A stretch of 63,854 nucleotides of DNA, the filler included, from Sphacelaria rigidula (lineage: Eukaryota), in NCBI GenBank assembly GCA_964200075.2. It is 9 parts of 9 records of this genome, joined end to end, with 100 filler letters (N's around TTAATTAATTAA, not from the genome) between each part and the next. Parts side by side here need not be neighbours in the genome. Positions count along the whole stretch, not along the records: positions 21,322 to 28,327 come from CAXNAA020016987.1; positions 28,428 to 35,433 come from CAXNAA020016988.1; positions 35,534 to 42,539 come from CAXNAA020016989.1; 6 more parts are not named here. One strand, written 5' to 3'. The notes under the pieces were generated by a model, which was given only the letters and a program-made list of their open reading frames with translations, had not been told where the DNA came from and ran no database searches. The position numbers were made by a program, and so were the translations under genes. The first letter of the stretch is position 1; every line of letters begins with the position of its first letter. This document shows, piece after piece, positions 24,443 to 38,250 of the stretch.

Positions 24443-25386
24443 GTGAGTAATCTGAAAAATGTCGCAGAGAGCGTGGAGGCTGTGCCATACAACTGAACTT
24501 GTACTTATTTTCTGTATTCGGGTTTGGTAGCTGATGCCAGTTTTGAGACTCAATTCTTCCCATTACAGTACGACACCCGGATACATGAAACATGAACGAA
24601 GCAGTGCAGTGCACATGTACATGCAGGCTTGCCGGGGGCTTCAAGGAAGTTCTTGTTCCATCACAAGTCCGACAGTGCTTGTGATGACGGGTGGATCGAT
24701 TATGTGACTGCAATACCGGTCACTAGCGTTGTGAGGAATAGGGTGGTGTTGGTTCTCGCGGGAAGTTCGATGTGTCTTGTCTCCTTTTTGGCGTGTTGTG
24801 GGAGAGAGTTTCGCATCTTCCTCAACCATCTTTCGTGATCAATCGTGACTTGATGTGAATGAACACGATATCATAACATGAGTGCAGTGCAGTGCAAGTA
24901 ACGTCTTCGAGAGCATGAGAGTCGAGTGCTGACTGAGAGTGGCTTTGATTATTCGCTTTAACTTGGCCAATTTTCCGTTCAGTGTGCGCTTTCATTTGCT
25001 TCCATCACTGGCGTGTGCGTACAGCTACACGTCGATATCCTACTGGGGGATATAAAGCGCCTCAGTGGGAGGCTAATACGGGAAGCATGTCGGGCCTCGC
25101 TAAGGGGCATTTCGGAACTGAAACGATTCACTCACTAATTGACCGTTTTTCACTGTCTCCGGTCATCAATCGTACTGATTGACTGCTTATCCCACATTAG
25201 CTGATAGCATCAATCCAGCTCGTGGTCAGGAGTAGCGAAAAAAAACACAAAAGAAAAGAAAAGAAACAGAAGAAGAGAGAGGCAACAGCCACAGAAAGGA
25301 ACGCAGAAAGAAAGCAGTGGCAACAACAACAAACACAAGATGATTATCTCGCATTCCGTAGCTGATTGCAACACTTCAGCTCGTGA

Positions 25387-25394
<8 letters not shown>

Positions 25395-25458
<64 letters not shown>
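25395..25458 (+). repeat. (CA)n microsatellite
   Basis: Direct reading. Confidence 0.98.
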
Positions 25459-25460
<2 letters not shown>

Positions 25461-26734
25461 CACCTTGAAAAGAAAGAAAAAGTACCGTTCAAAAACAAAT
25501 CTCTCTTTTCCCTCTCTCTATCCCTCCTCTCCTTCCGTTTCCATAGCACCTGTTTGATCTCGCCCCCCCTCCCGCTCCTCCTCCTCCTGCCTCACTCCCC
25601 CCTCCAGAGTGTCGCTCAGAGAGTTTTCTCTTTCTTTTTTTTTCCCCTTGGGTACACACCCCTATCTAATCACCACGGTTGAATTTGAATCGGGTGAGGT
25701 ATTGTACAATCGAATCATCCATCAACCAAGCAACCACAAGCGTCATCATAGACACATTGTCTTCTTGCTTCTCTACTTATACATCAACTCTCTCTCGCCC
25801 GAGAACGGAGAAGGGGGTTGGTAGTTTTTCTGAAACGGAAGAATGGAGACAAAGTAAGTAAGCCTCGTGGAAACAAGTGAGGCAACAAAAGAAAAAAAAA
25901 TACAGGCTCATTCAGATGACAAACAAGATATTGTCGTCCAATCCTCCTGAAAATCTGTTTTTGAATTTCATTGATGTTCCAAAAAATCCTACAGGCGTTT
26001 CTCAGACGTAACGTCAAAACGTCGCCCACTCTCAGCGACAACATACTTCATACCATGCACCCTCAGAGGTCACGATCCTAATGCACTCATCTCTCCAAGG
26101 TGGGGCTCAAAGGTAGTAAGGTGGACATTATGAGCACATACCGCATTGCCTCCCTAGCTTCTCGCCCGCTCTTCTCTACCGTAATCTCTCCTCGCCAACG
26201 CCAATCTATCCTCGCTTCATGCGTGCTACACTGCTAGGTCGTCCTTCCCACGCCCACTCGTCATGAATCGTCGATGCTACAGACTGTGTGTACAACGACA
26301 CTCATACCACAATAGAATGTACCCTCCAAAATCCCTCCAAATCCCCGGCAATCACACATCAAACGCTTCCACGATCACGATAAAACTTTCGGAATTCCGA
26401 TTGGATTTATTGCAATTTTGACTGACATGAACAAAAGACCTCAAGATTTTTTTTCAATATAAACCGCAGTACAAAAAAACGCCTGCAACAGACACGTGCA
26501 CAACACCTATTAATAGATATGGTAGGTTCACTTTGTGTACTATCGTGAATGTTCTGTTCCACCAGTACATCCAACACTCCTAGAATCTTGACTCCAGCGA
26601 CGGAAACCAACATCACTCGAACAAAAAAAAAGAAAAACGCACACACGCACACAGCAGGCCCAATCCTCCCTCCCTACCCGAAACAAAATACAACAACCGA
26701 ATCAAGGGGGGAAACAAAACACACTAACAGAAGA

Positions 26735-27040
26735 TTTTATTTTTTTCCCTCACACTTTAAACCTCTCCCCTTCCTCGGGATGAGTCCATGGTCTCAAGGG
26801 ATCAACCCATCTCTCCCCCGGTACGTGTCTTTCATTTTTATCTCGCGGATTTTATTAGCACTCCCGCACCGCGTCGACTCACATCACACAAACCCAGTCG
26901 ACTACTTTTGTTTACTCACGTTCCCACGCTTTCCACGGTGGAAATCATACATTACGAAGAAAAAACCTAACGCATCGGGAATCGAACCCCTATTCTCACC
27001 ACCCTAATGGCGACAGTCGGACCAACACACCACCGGGGCG
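26735..27040 (-). mobile_element. tRNA-derived SINE (family 2); related copies at about 28672-28830 (+) and 50745-51060 (-)
   Basis: Minus-strand head cgccccggtggtgtgttgg...ggttcgattccc; body cgcaccgcgtcgactc and cgctttccacg shared with 50890-50980. Confidence 0.75.
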
Positions 27041-27111
27041 CGGCGGCAATATGAGAACACAGCAACCCCCCACCGACTCCCCTCCAGTAAAGTATGTATG
27101 TCTCTTGTCAC

Positions 27112-27288
27112 CTCAAGGCACTGCCGAGTGATCTTGCAGAGGCGTGGAAGGGTGAAGTACGGCGGGTGTCCAGCCTCCTTGACCGCCTTCCCGAACTCGT
27201 AGAGATTCTCTCCCAGCAGTTCGCTAACGATCACCAGGTGCTCTTCGAAGTAGAAGAAGTCGCGCATGTGCAGCACGTGGTGCTTGTC
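27112..27288 (-). CDS. DYRK-family protein kinase exon (subdomains IV-VIa)
   Basis: DKHHVLHMRDFFYFEEHLVIVSELLGENLYEF...YFTLPRLCKITRQCLE; aacag acceptor and gtgaca donor. Confidence 0.92.
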
Positions 27289-28671
27289 CTGTTGCGTCGC
27301 GCGTCGGCGTGCATTTTCGGTCACCGCTAATTGGTCAGTAACACAGTCATCTGGAAGTTTTAATCGGTTTCGGTCGGGCCTTCACTGTACGTATTGGGGT
27401 ACCGTCGGCGGATCATCTTTTGTTTTCTCCATGGCCTCACTTGTCTTTCGGCTAGCTACAGCTACAGCTACAGCTGCAGTTCGTTCACAATCACGGGCAC
27501 GGGTTTTATTAGTATAAAGAACATCTCATGATCGTGAAGCCCCCGTGACTTGATTTTCGCTCCATATCTTGCGGTGTGCGTGCGTGCGTGTGTGTGTGTC
27601 GACGAGATATTTAGCTCAATAGCCCCACCGGGTGCTCATTCACAAGAGAAGCACCCGAAATCAATATGTCCATGTGCAGCAGCACGTGATCCTCATCACG
27701 ACTTCTGGCGCACGGCTGGCGGGGGCACGAGAGGCTGCGATGGAGCAAATGGTTCGTGCTCGCGAGTATTTAGGTAGGTTGTTCGCCTCAGGCGGGATTT
27801 GATTTGCAAAAGTATATATAATAGGTAATTGTGCAACATTTCGTGAAAAAACGCGAAGGGATTGATCCAAGAGAGGGCACGGCAGGGGCAAGGAGGGAGG
27901 AGGACTCAAAATCTAAAAAAATATATATTGCGGCGTGCCGATTCATCAAACGCAATACTACGTACTGTACTGCGATCGACGGATGAATGGACGAAACACG
28001 TCGTTTTGTTTTGACTAATGCCGACCCCCCCCCCGAACCGGCCAAGGAAGTACACGGAGCACGGAGGCCAAAAAAGAGCTGGTTTCGTGCTGTCCGATGC
28101 GACTCATTCGGGCATTGTAGTTGATTTCGGACTGCTACACGCCTCTCACGTGGGCGAAACTGCTGCAAACGAGCCCAAGAGTGGAGGATCGCAGCCGGTT
28201 TGTCGGCCGGTCTCCGGTGCACTTCTTGTGTGTGTGGGGGGGGGGGGGGGGGGGGGGGAACCTTGACCCGATTTTCTTTTTTATCGCATCCTCGGGGGGG
28301 GACCAGACAAGGAAAGAAAAAAACTTGNNNNNNNNNNNNNNNNNNNNNNNNNNNNNNNNNNNNNNNNNNNNTTAATTAATTAANNNNNNNNNNNNNNNNN
28401 NNNNNNNNNNNNNNNNNNNNNNNNNNNGAGTGAGGGTGTCAGTGCCAGTGTACCGCTCGGTCTTTTACACTGCGACCATACCAAAACAGGCATATCGTAT
28501 CGAATATCGATATTCGATACGTATCGAGTCATTTTCGGAATATCGACAAAATTATCGATATCGGCACTTGTGGTTCGATATTCTAAAAATATCTATCGAA
28601 CTTGACTTTCGGTTCGATATGCAACACTGGTTCAAAGTGTGAGGAAAGAAAAAAAAAATGGGCGGATGCCG

Positions 28672-28830
28672 CGCCGCGGTAGTCCAATGGCACGACTGAC
28701 AACGTTGGGTCGGGGAAAACACGGGTTCGATCCCCACCAGATGCGCTTATTCTTAAGTTATTTTGGCTTTTTTTTTGCGAAATATCCGATATCCGTCGTT
28801 CGAAGCGTGAGGACGAGAGTATCGTAGTAA
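28672..28830 (+). mobile_element. tRNA-like SINE head (family 2)
   Basis: ggtagtccaatgg A box and ggttcgatcccc B box; no complete cloverleaf. Confidence 0.6.
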
Positions 28831-31800
28831 AAAAACATGCTATGACTTGAGATTATTTGATGAGAGTCGACGCAGTGCGAGACTGCCGATCCAATCCGCG
28901 ACACCAAAACGTAACGTGTGTGGCGGGGCAGCGGTGGTTTGATCCCTTGAGACCACGGACTCGTTCCGCGGAAGCGAACGGGTTAGAAGTGAGACGGGGA
29001 CAAAAACGAATATGGGCCCATGTATTGCAAGTGGTGCACGCTCGCTCCTACTACTGCTGCGATCTACCCAAACAACAATTCACCCGATGCCTATGATGTC
29101 TGTGGTTCCGACAGTCTTGGTATCGTCGGGGCCGTGCTGACACATCCCGAGCATGATTTGACGTTGCACTGCATGTCACGTTGTTCCAACTTTACTCTAC
29201 TCTACCACCTACAGCTATTGTGCTGTTCTACTGCTGTACTACAGCCGGACTGCATGCCTATAGGCATGTTACAGACAGTCAGTGCAGACCACATTGCTTT
29301 CTACCAACGGCTAAATCAAAGGCAACAGCAGCACCAACAACAACGACAGCAGTAGCACCAACAACAGCAACAGTAGCACTGTACACAGTCGCTGCTTCTG
29401 GGTGCGTAAATGTTATGTTTTACGGCACCGTGGTACGTGCAGTTACTCGCCGAAAAAAAGAGGCAAGGTGGCGGCTACTGCTAAAAAAGCACATCAAGCA
29501 CCTGATCTCTCGTATGCTTCAATGGTTGAGTGATCGTGGTCGTGCCTGAATGAAAAAGTATGGTTCGGGTGCGAGGTGGGCGATCCGTAGGCATCCTGCA
29601 GGCGAACAAGATGGCCAAATTGGTCAATCAAAACAATCCAATCAAAATAGTCACTGCCCTTCGTTCGAGCTTGATGCCCGGGTTGAATGACTCCAATGGA
29701 AGATATTTCCAACCACGCCCGGTTGACTCTGTACGCGTTTAGGTTGATCTGGGAACAGGCAGCCCTTTCCCCTTTGAAAAACCACCTCGCTGCCCGCTGG
29801 AGACCGCTGGGTTTATCCGGACTGTTGGCCAGTGGAACTGTTTCCCAGACGAGGCTCGTAGTCCAAGGAACAAGGCTATTGTAGATCTTCTGGGGATTCG
29901 ACATACTCTCGCCTCCCAAGCAGGATTCATCGCCACCACGTGTGTGGGACACACTCGCAAGATCTTACTGAGAGGAGGTCTAGGCTCCTTGTCCGTTTCG
30001 CTAGGCTCCGAAGTTCCGGGAACCACCACAAACCGAGAATCCACACGGGAACGTGTTGCGCGTGGTGCTTTTTTTGCACGATGCCCATATAATCACATCA
30101 TTCAATTTCCGCTCGAATTTTCGTCATGTATCCACTCTCGAACCTTGGAGCCTAGCGAATCAGACAAGTGGGCTGGACTGTCCTCGGTGAGATCATGTAC
30201 AGTGCCCAAGACGCATGATGGCCGTACTTCCAATCTTTTGATTGATTCATTGTCGCACTTGGGGCCAAAAACAAAACGATTCCCCACGATGTGGCTAGGC
30301 TTCAGCTTCGCGCTTAAGGTCTACCTTGATCTGGGGTTTTCGGGCTTGAAAAAGCTTTTTTTCGAAAAGCTTACAAAAAGCTTCGAATGTTCGAAAAGCT
30401 TATGGTGTGCTCGAAACGCGCATAAAAATGCGATGTTTTTTCATGCGCCTCCTGCAGCCATTGTATCAGCTGCCTGAAAGCCTGAAAATGCGGCTCACAT
30501 CCTACAGATAGGGGTAACTAACAGTGAATTAAGATATTTCGCGCGAAGCGCGATTATGGCCGAGCGTTTGAAAATCGCCACTCGGCAAAAATCGAGGACC
30601 CACCCGAAATCAGGGAAAGAACTATCGAATGAGACATGTCCTGTACCACTGTGCTGCAGCACAACCACACTCAAGCTCTGTCTCGTGTGCTGTAGCTGTC
30701 GCTGCGCTGTGGCGTCTTCAGGCCTTCGTGGAGACGGTTTGATCTCCGCTGGGAATGCCTGGGCTGCTTTATATTGTCACTCCGTTCGTCTCCATGAAAA
30801 ATAATGTCAAGCCTGCACGCAGTGCTCTCTACACACTGTTGAAACTTTCATGGTGTGTTGGCTGTTTCGTCTCGAGTCAAACGAACGAGGCGCTTACCAA
30901 ACCCATAATTTCTATGCTGTAGTTGTCGCTGTGCTGTTGTGCATCCAAACACTCCACATCGATAACGGTGCGATGTGCTCTGGAGAATGCCTGAGCAGTT
31001 GTGCTGCTGCATGCTGTGTTTCGGTCTGCACAGAATTGGGGTGGGCAAACTGAGCCAGCACGGATTTACTCTTTCTTCGTTTTTTGTTTTTTGACGGTAG
31101 CAGCTGTCTGCCTCGCAGCGGCGCAATGTCTGGGCCAATCAAAGCTACTCTTCGACTCATATGCCATTCTTTTTTCTCATCTGATTGAAGAAACGTCGCC
31201 GCATTTTGGTGTATATAAAGCCTACGATTGGTCGGAAAAACTTTTCGCTGATAATTCTTGCCCGCATCTGTGGGCCCAGTGCCGAAAATGCCCTCTATGG
31301 CCTATGGCGTGACTCGCCTCCAGACAGGCTTCAACATTCATTACTCCAAACTGTCATGGTTGCGGGTCTAATCCGAAAAACTTTTCTCTGTGTATTACAT
31401 ATGTTTGATACTACGTTGAATTGAAAAATGTAATCAAGATTTTGTACAATAGCTGTGACATGGGGCCCATTGTACACTGTACAGTAATAAAAAACAAGCT
31501 TGAAATGGGGCATAAAACAAGGGGGAAAGTCTATATACAAACAAAAAAAACGGACCTTAACCTTTTAGAAAAACGGGCTTACGGAGCTGAAGCCTAGATG
31601 TGGCCTTGACATTCACGTTTACACAACCTCTTGATTAGTACCGTATCGTACCCGTCCTGTATACAATGGTATGACATTCCTTCATTTCTCCCGTTACTGA
31701 ATGTGTAGCCACGAACTGCCTGTATATACCGGTGTCATCAGCGAATACAAACAGTATACCGACTGTCCGAATTTTTATCCCTTTTCACCGCAGGGTGGGC

Positions 31801-34154
31801 CATCTGTTGAAATCGGCACATGAAAACTGACTGAGACCCGCATCGCCCACTCTGGTAGCCAAAGCATCAGCGTCGAAGGATCTCGGTGCAGCCACCACAT
31901 CGTACTTTCAATAATATGCGTGAACGTGTTTCGGGACGAATAATACTACTACTTATACCGTGGTGTTCATAACGCCACCTGTAACTGTAACGAGATATAA
32001 ATTGCAAAACATACGTCATCGTACACACCGAAATGGCGCCATGCGGTCCACCATGAGCTTGAACGTGAAACGCTCCAACGCGATCAGGGCCATCAGGCAG
32101 GCGCTGTAAAACGACGCCGCATGCTGCATGTGCGCCGTGTCCCCGAATGTATAGAGAGTACGGAACACACCGGGCAACGAGCGAACATGGAGCGTTAGTT
32201 ACGAGTATTGAAGCCGTAACACCGAAAAGTCTGTACACAGCCATGTGCCACGCAGACTTGCTTTGATGAAGTAAAAGACGCGCAGGTGGCACAATTGGGT
32301 AGCACACAGTGGGCACAGTACACCATAGATTCAGTAGGGTCAGCACGATAGGAAATCAAGTGACACCAACCACGGTAGCCAGCACAGTCCAGACACCACG
32401 AGGCATGTATCGGATCTTTACTGCTGCACAGTACTGCAATCTCCTCTCAGGACTCACCACCATAGAGTATCCAAAACAGACAGCAAAGTTTCGTTCTCTG
32501 TTGAACCATGATGTCTCGAGAGGTGATCAGGGATTTACCAGAAGACAGCTGCTAGTGAGCAAGATATTGTGCAAAAGCGGTGAATCGACCCTAGGTCTGC
32601 AGAAGAAGTATGTGCGTATCATGTGCAACCCTCGCTCCCCACCCTTCCACGATTTGAGTAACCTGTTTAGTAGCGCACTGTTGTGCCGACTACTGTCTGA
32701 CCGAAACTTACTGTGCTGCACTATAAGAATGCTGCTTTATCCGCATTGATTCTCTTTCATATTCCGAATTTTTGAGCTGGTCGACAACAAGAGCATGCCT
32801 GACAAGATGGGATCGACATCACCTTAGAGAATAGACGTCGAAAACCGGATCCATGTTGGTCATGGTTGAGAAGTAGCTGGCCTTCCTCCATCTACACTAG
32901 GTTTGTCTGTGCTGCCGAAATTAAACGCGAGAGTACCCAACGCGCAAGCGTTACCTATTCCTAGAATTAAATCTGAACGGAATGTGTTTAGGTTATTTGT
33001 TCACGCATCCGCGCACGCACAAACGTCGTTATCCATGATCTTTCCTTTGCCACCACTTAGCCACTGTCCAGGCTCGCTACCGCTGTCCAGGCTCGCTTCA
33101 GGAGATGTAATGTACAGATGGTAGAGTGTTTCCGCGGTACCCCCCCCCCCCCCCCGCCCCCCACACCAGCCCCTAAACTATCGCGAAGAAAATGACCATA
33201 CAGCGCATGACAGCTGGCTTCAGACTGCATAAAGCGCCACATATATGAACGACACTGGCGAGAATGCTACCAAGCGTGGTTCCGAGCTGCTCGGTATGCT
33301 CGGCTTCTGTCATCTTGATTTACAACATACATGAAGATTTTGCCTTCTCGAGCCGCGAGACTCGTGGGGGGAGCTATCGTCGGTGTTTCATGACCTACTG
33401 CCTATAGGAGGCAGAAGCCTACCCCGTTGTTCCTCTTCAGTACGTCTAATATACTTGAAGGCTTGGCACAGCGGTGCGTGTTCCCCGAGTCGAGGCAAGG
33501 AAGTTTTTCTTCGTGATGATGATACAAGAAATCAGCACCCAAGTTTCAGGGGTACCGGTCGGCTCATTCATAACTGAACATCACAGGCTCAGTCTGAGTT
33601 TGTCATCTGATGTAAATGTCTACTGCATCGGAAGTGGTGTAGCGGTCGTCGCTCTGAGGCTGAACCCTACCAGTACATTTTTTGTGGAAACCTCGGCCTG
33701 AGGATTTTTCATGTCATGACCAGGTTGAAGATTGAAATGGGGCTGAACCCTGTAGCCTCTGCCAGGCGATCTGGACAAGAGGACTACAACCCCCATTTCG
33801 AAAATTCATGTTTTCTCCGGAAAAGCTTCGAACAAGCAACCAACTGAGGATTTTATTTGTCTCCGAGTAAGTAAGGAAGTGCGGTATCGAGACCTCCAAT
33901 ATCTCGCTAGTATTACACTCTTCTACTCCATCCTAAACATATTGCCGGCGCATCGTCTTCGGACTGGCAAACACCAGTCTATTGGAACTTCACCGTTCTA
34001 GTTGAACGTTCCTCGCGCACGCTTTCATAGTAGTCCTCGGCAATACTGTCTTTGGCGTGCACCTTTTGTCGTCGTGAAGTGTCTGGAATAATATCGTTTT
34101 CGAGAAACGTCGTGTCAGATCAACGTGCAAACAAAACAACCTTGTCGTCAGTTC

Positions 34155-34511
34155 GAGTGTTGTCGTCCCATCTATTTTGGGCGCCAGTCTCCACCTTTCG
34201 GTATATGTGGGCGCATCAGCCGGGGTTACACAGACAGGAGGAGGGTCATCACAGGCGCTTTTCTTCTTTAGTTGTTACTAGTGCCCCACCTTCCTTCTGC
34301 GGTGCTTGCCTTTCTTTTTTATCGCGAGAGGAGTCCAGCAGCCCCTTTCCCTCGTCGCCCGTTAGGTGGAATTTTGTGTACCCACGACATAGTCGCTCTC
34401 CGCTGTTGGGCATGGTGTGAGAAGAAATCCCAGGTCGCTCCGGGAATTGAACCCACTACCCAACCGTCACAAGGTTGTAAAGTTACCAACTGAGCCACTG
34501 GGGCGACCGGT
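34155..34511 (-). mobile_element. tRNA-derived SINE (family 1)
   Basis: Reverse-complement homology to 22736-23100, including the head accggtcgccccagtggctcagttggtaac. Confidence 0.85.
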
Positions 34512-34659
34512 TTTAAGTCGCCAGTTCGAGTGTCGAGTATTTGATTGAGAGTGAGTTATGATTAACTCTAAGTCGATCAACTTTCAGTTCTTCTATTTTG
34601 TGTTTCTTGCCTGTTACTATAACGTGCGCTTGCAGCTACGCGTCAATACCCTACCCAGG

Positions 34660-35005
34660 AATACTGGAGGCTTCAGTGGCAGTGTACTACAGAAATCGTG
34701 TAAGCCCTCGTATAAGGGCTGGAGGTGCATTTTTCGGCAGTGCGACTGTTTCAGCAATTAGTTGAGAATTCTGGAGATCTGGAATGAAGGATTTCTGCTG
34801 GTTGACAAGGCTAACGCAATAAAATGGCACACATTAGATTCATCTCACTGCTGACAGCTTTCATCCGAGCCTCTGCTTGCCGGGGTCGGCGAAGTATTCA
34901 AGTATTCCCCAATGAATCCAGTCGAAAAAATGGATGAGAATTTCCGATTCTTTGGGTTTTCACCGTCATCAAATGCTAGGTCCTCAATCTGGCGAAGAGG
35001 TCGTT
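34660..35005 (+). repeat. Dispersed repeat; second copy at about 51672-52005
   Basis: Shared gaggcttcagtggca...cctcgtataagg...tcggcgaagtattc...cctcaatctggcgaa. Confidence 0.75.
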
Positions 35006-35862
35006 GCAAGTGATTTTGCTGCCGACTTGATTCATTCGCTGTCTTTAGCGCTCAGGTCACAGACACGCTCTAGTGTGGCCACGATGAAGGTCTTCAGAGC
35101 ATCGCGAGTACCGAAAGTATCGGGTGTCTGAGACAATTTTCAGTACTCACTACTCCAGAGTACCCGGACTATGGTCTTACACATGACCAATCGGCTCCCC
35201 CTCAAAATTGCTCTGGAGTACATACAGGGCATGCGAAAGCTCCCGAGTGTACACATTCCTCTCAAGTTACATGCCACAAGGATTGTAACTCGAGAGTATT
35301 TCAGAGAAAATATATATTTCAGAGAGTCAAGAGTGCTCGAGAATATACGGTTTGCGAAACCTCTAGAGGGCACATATTCCTCTGGAAACAGTGTTTTCGT
35401 GAGATTGAGAGTAGATGATACGACGATTGAGAGNNNNNNNNNNNNNNNNNNNNNNNNNNNNNNNNNNNNNNNNNNNNTTAATTAATTAANNNNNNNNNNN
35501 NNNNNNNNNNNNNNNNNNNNNNNNNNNNNNNNNCCCCGTTTGCAGATTTATTCGGACTATCCCCAGCACATTGGAATAGTAATCATAAGTCGTGTTTTGG
35601 ATGAGAGAAGAGGCTCCTAACAATTCTAACCTCAGAAATTGTTTCTGTACCCCTACCGTAGAATCACTCCAGCTTCTCGTTGTACTCGGCTTTTCCCATT
35701 TCGATGTACGTGAAGATTTTGCCTCCCAAAACCATGCACTTTTGGGGGAGGGCTATCGTAGAAAGTGTCTTGCAGTCAGTGTATGCGATTTGAAAACTTC
35801 TGGCTTTGCCCAATTGATATGGATTGGGGGGCAAGACGACGAGTTTTGGACAAACTCTCTCT

Positions 35863-38250
35863 AACAGCCTGGATCCGATCTCGAGGTCCAACATTTGGGA
35901 GAGGTTGACGCGGTCATCGAAATTGCATGCATTTTGTCCAATAGACTCGGGGTACGCAAGCAGCTTTGGCTATGGCACGTACGCCAGAAGCTTTCATACG
36001 GCAGCCCAAGCATGATTTGCAGATCAAAACAAAAACCACTGTCATCAGGGTGCGGTGATTTTTTAACACGACGACGTGCCTCCAAGCGTTACTGAACACT
36101 TGACAAAGCATGCTGAAAACATACTTCTTTGGCTAGTCATCGAGTTGTTGAGCGCCTCTTGTTTAGTATCCGATAGAGACATCATACTGTTGCGCCCGCG
36201 ACGACCGCCGTCAGCGAAACGGTTCAATACGGTGACAGACGCCAGCGATCTTTGAAACGCAGCATCATTCAGCAGTCTGCTGAGATACACTGTCACCAGA
36301 GTACAGGATCATTACAGTACAGTCATCAGTTGGATGAAATGGATGCCCCACAAAAAAGTTGCACACACACACAACGGGGGATAGGGTTAGTCCCACGTTT
36401 GGGCTTGTTTCGCCCGTACAGTAGTGGGAGGTCTAACTATTCATTTTGTGGCATTTTGTGATTTTTTCGTTATCGGCGATTTACTTGGGCTCTTTTCGCT
36501 CGCCACCGCCCGTCACATCGTGGATCTGAAGATGTTTGTATCCGCCCCACATATCAGGATGAAAAATCCTCTGTACTCAATATTGAGTGACTTACCGGCT
36601 GACCGGTAACAGGGGGTCCTGCCACGTTTCAGCCCAGATTCTTACTCTCTGTATTTTCGGTCGATCGAGCCCGTCCGGATCATATTCGTACAGAAATGTA
36701 CAGTTTCATTTTTTCGAAATTCTGCCTACTCATTGCACGAGGGCCGAAAAACTGTGTTTCACGATCAATAACACCCTCCTGATGAACGGGGTATTTACTC
36801 GTTTCGCCCGATAACACCAACCAACACTGACTTGGGCACTGTATTTCGAGGATGATCTGCTTTGTTGTACCGAAATCTACCGGCGGTAGCAATTTCGAGT
36901 TCTATCAAATAATAGTACGCGAGGAAAACCCCAAAACCCCATGAAATAGTTAGACCGCCCACTACAGTAGCACCCATTAATCCAGTCTGAACCAGCTATC
37001 GCGCGTTGTATGGCCACTTTCGCCGTGGCTGTGTTTGGGAACTGGTTTTCGGGGCGGTACTGTGGAAGCATACTGTAGTGCACCGCGCTTGAAAACTCCG
37101 AGGCGTTTTTTTATTTAGAACCCGTATCACATATAGTTTAAATATCTCTCCTCTGGGTCTCAAAGGGGGTCTGAGCTAGCGACGGAAAGTGCTGGCACTC
37201 TCTCCCTCATATATGATTTCTCCCAACTGTGGGGGTCAGGATTAGCGTCCGGGGGAGTTCCTGAAAAAACGGATGGTTTTCTTGGAAGCTGTCGTTCATT
37301 GTAACGGGTATAAACAGTTCAAGCAAGGAAATTGCGATTTTGAACAGGGAAAGATGTACTACGATACCCCTGAATACTATTCCACATGTTTCATTCCGAG
37401 CGATGTTCCCCAAATACCCCTACAGTTGTCAGAAATCATATCTGAGGGAGAGAGTGCCAGCACTTTCCGTCGCTAGCTCAGGCCCCCTTTGAGACCCAGA
37501 GAAGAGATATTCAACCTATAGGTGATACGGGTTCTGAATAAAAAAACGCCTCGGAGTTTTCAAGCGCGGTGCACTACAGTATGCTTCGACAGTCCCGCCC
37601 CGAGAACCAGTTCCCAACACAGCCACGGCGGAAGTGGCCATACAAGGCGTGATAGCTGGTTCAGACTGGATGAAGCGCCTCGCACGGGCGCTACTGGCGA
37701 AACAAGCCCAAACGTGGGACTAACCCTAACCCCCGTTGTGTGTGTGTGTGTGTAACTTTTTTGTGGGGCATCCATTTCATCCAACTGATGACTGTACTGT
37801 AATGATCCTGTACTCTAGTGACAGTGTATCTCAGCAGACTGCTGAATGATGCTGCGTTTCAAAGATCGCTGGCGTCTGTCGCCGTACTGAACCGTTTCGC
37901 TGACGGCGGTCGTCGCGGGCGCAACAGTATGATGTCTCTATCGGATACTAAACAAGAGGCGCTCAACAACTCGATGACTAGCCAAAGAAGTATGTTCTCA
38001 GCATGCTTTGTCAAGTGTTCAGTAGCGCTTGGAGGCACGTCGTCGTGTTAAAAAATCACCGCACCCTGATGACGGTGGTTTTTGTTTTGATCTACAAATC
38101 ATGCTTGGGCTGCCGTATGAAAGCTTCTGGCGTACGTGCCATGGCCGAAGCTGCTTGCGTACCCCGAGCCTATTAGAGAAATGAATGAAATTTCGATGGC
38201 CACTTCAAGCTCTCCCAAATGCTGAACCTCAAGATCGGATCCAAGCTGTT
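35863..38250. mobile_element. Large foldback element with ~830-bp inverted arms and ~180-bp spacer
   Basis: 35863-37236 (excluding the nested insertion) is the reverse complement of 37416-38250. ORFs 36063-36296(-) and 37818-38051(+) are near-identical mirror images. Confidence 0.9.
36419..36967. mobile_element. Tc1/mariner-type MITE nested in the left foldback arm
   Basis: TA on both sides; TIR cagtagtgggaggtctaactat / atagttagaccgcccactacag; the right arm keeps the empty site cgccagTAgcgccc; second copy at 49232-49644. Confidence 0.85.

Noticed and set aside
36422-36964. Non-autonomous Academ (TAG...CTA ends, CAG TSD)
   Set aside because: The empty site in the other foldback arm and the related CTACTG-TA end at 41734 fit a TA duplication with CAGTAG termini better.
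36063-38051. Duplicated 77-aa gene pair
   Set aside because: These are mirror ORFs produced by the foldback arms, with non-ATG starts and no recognisable domain.
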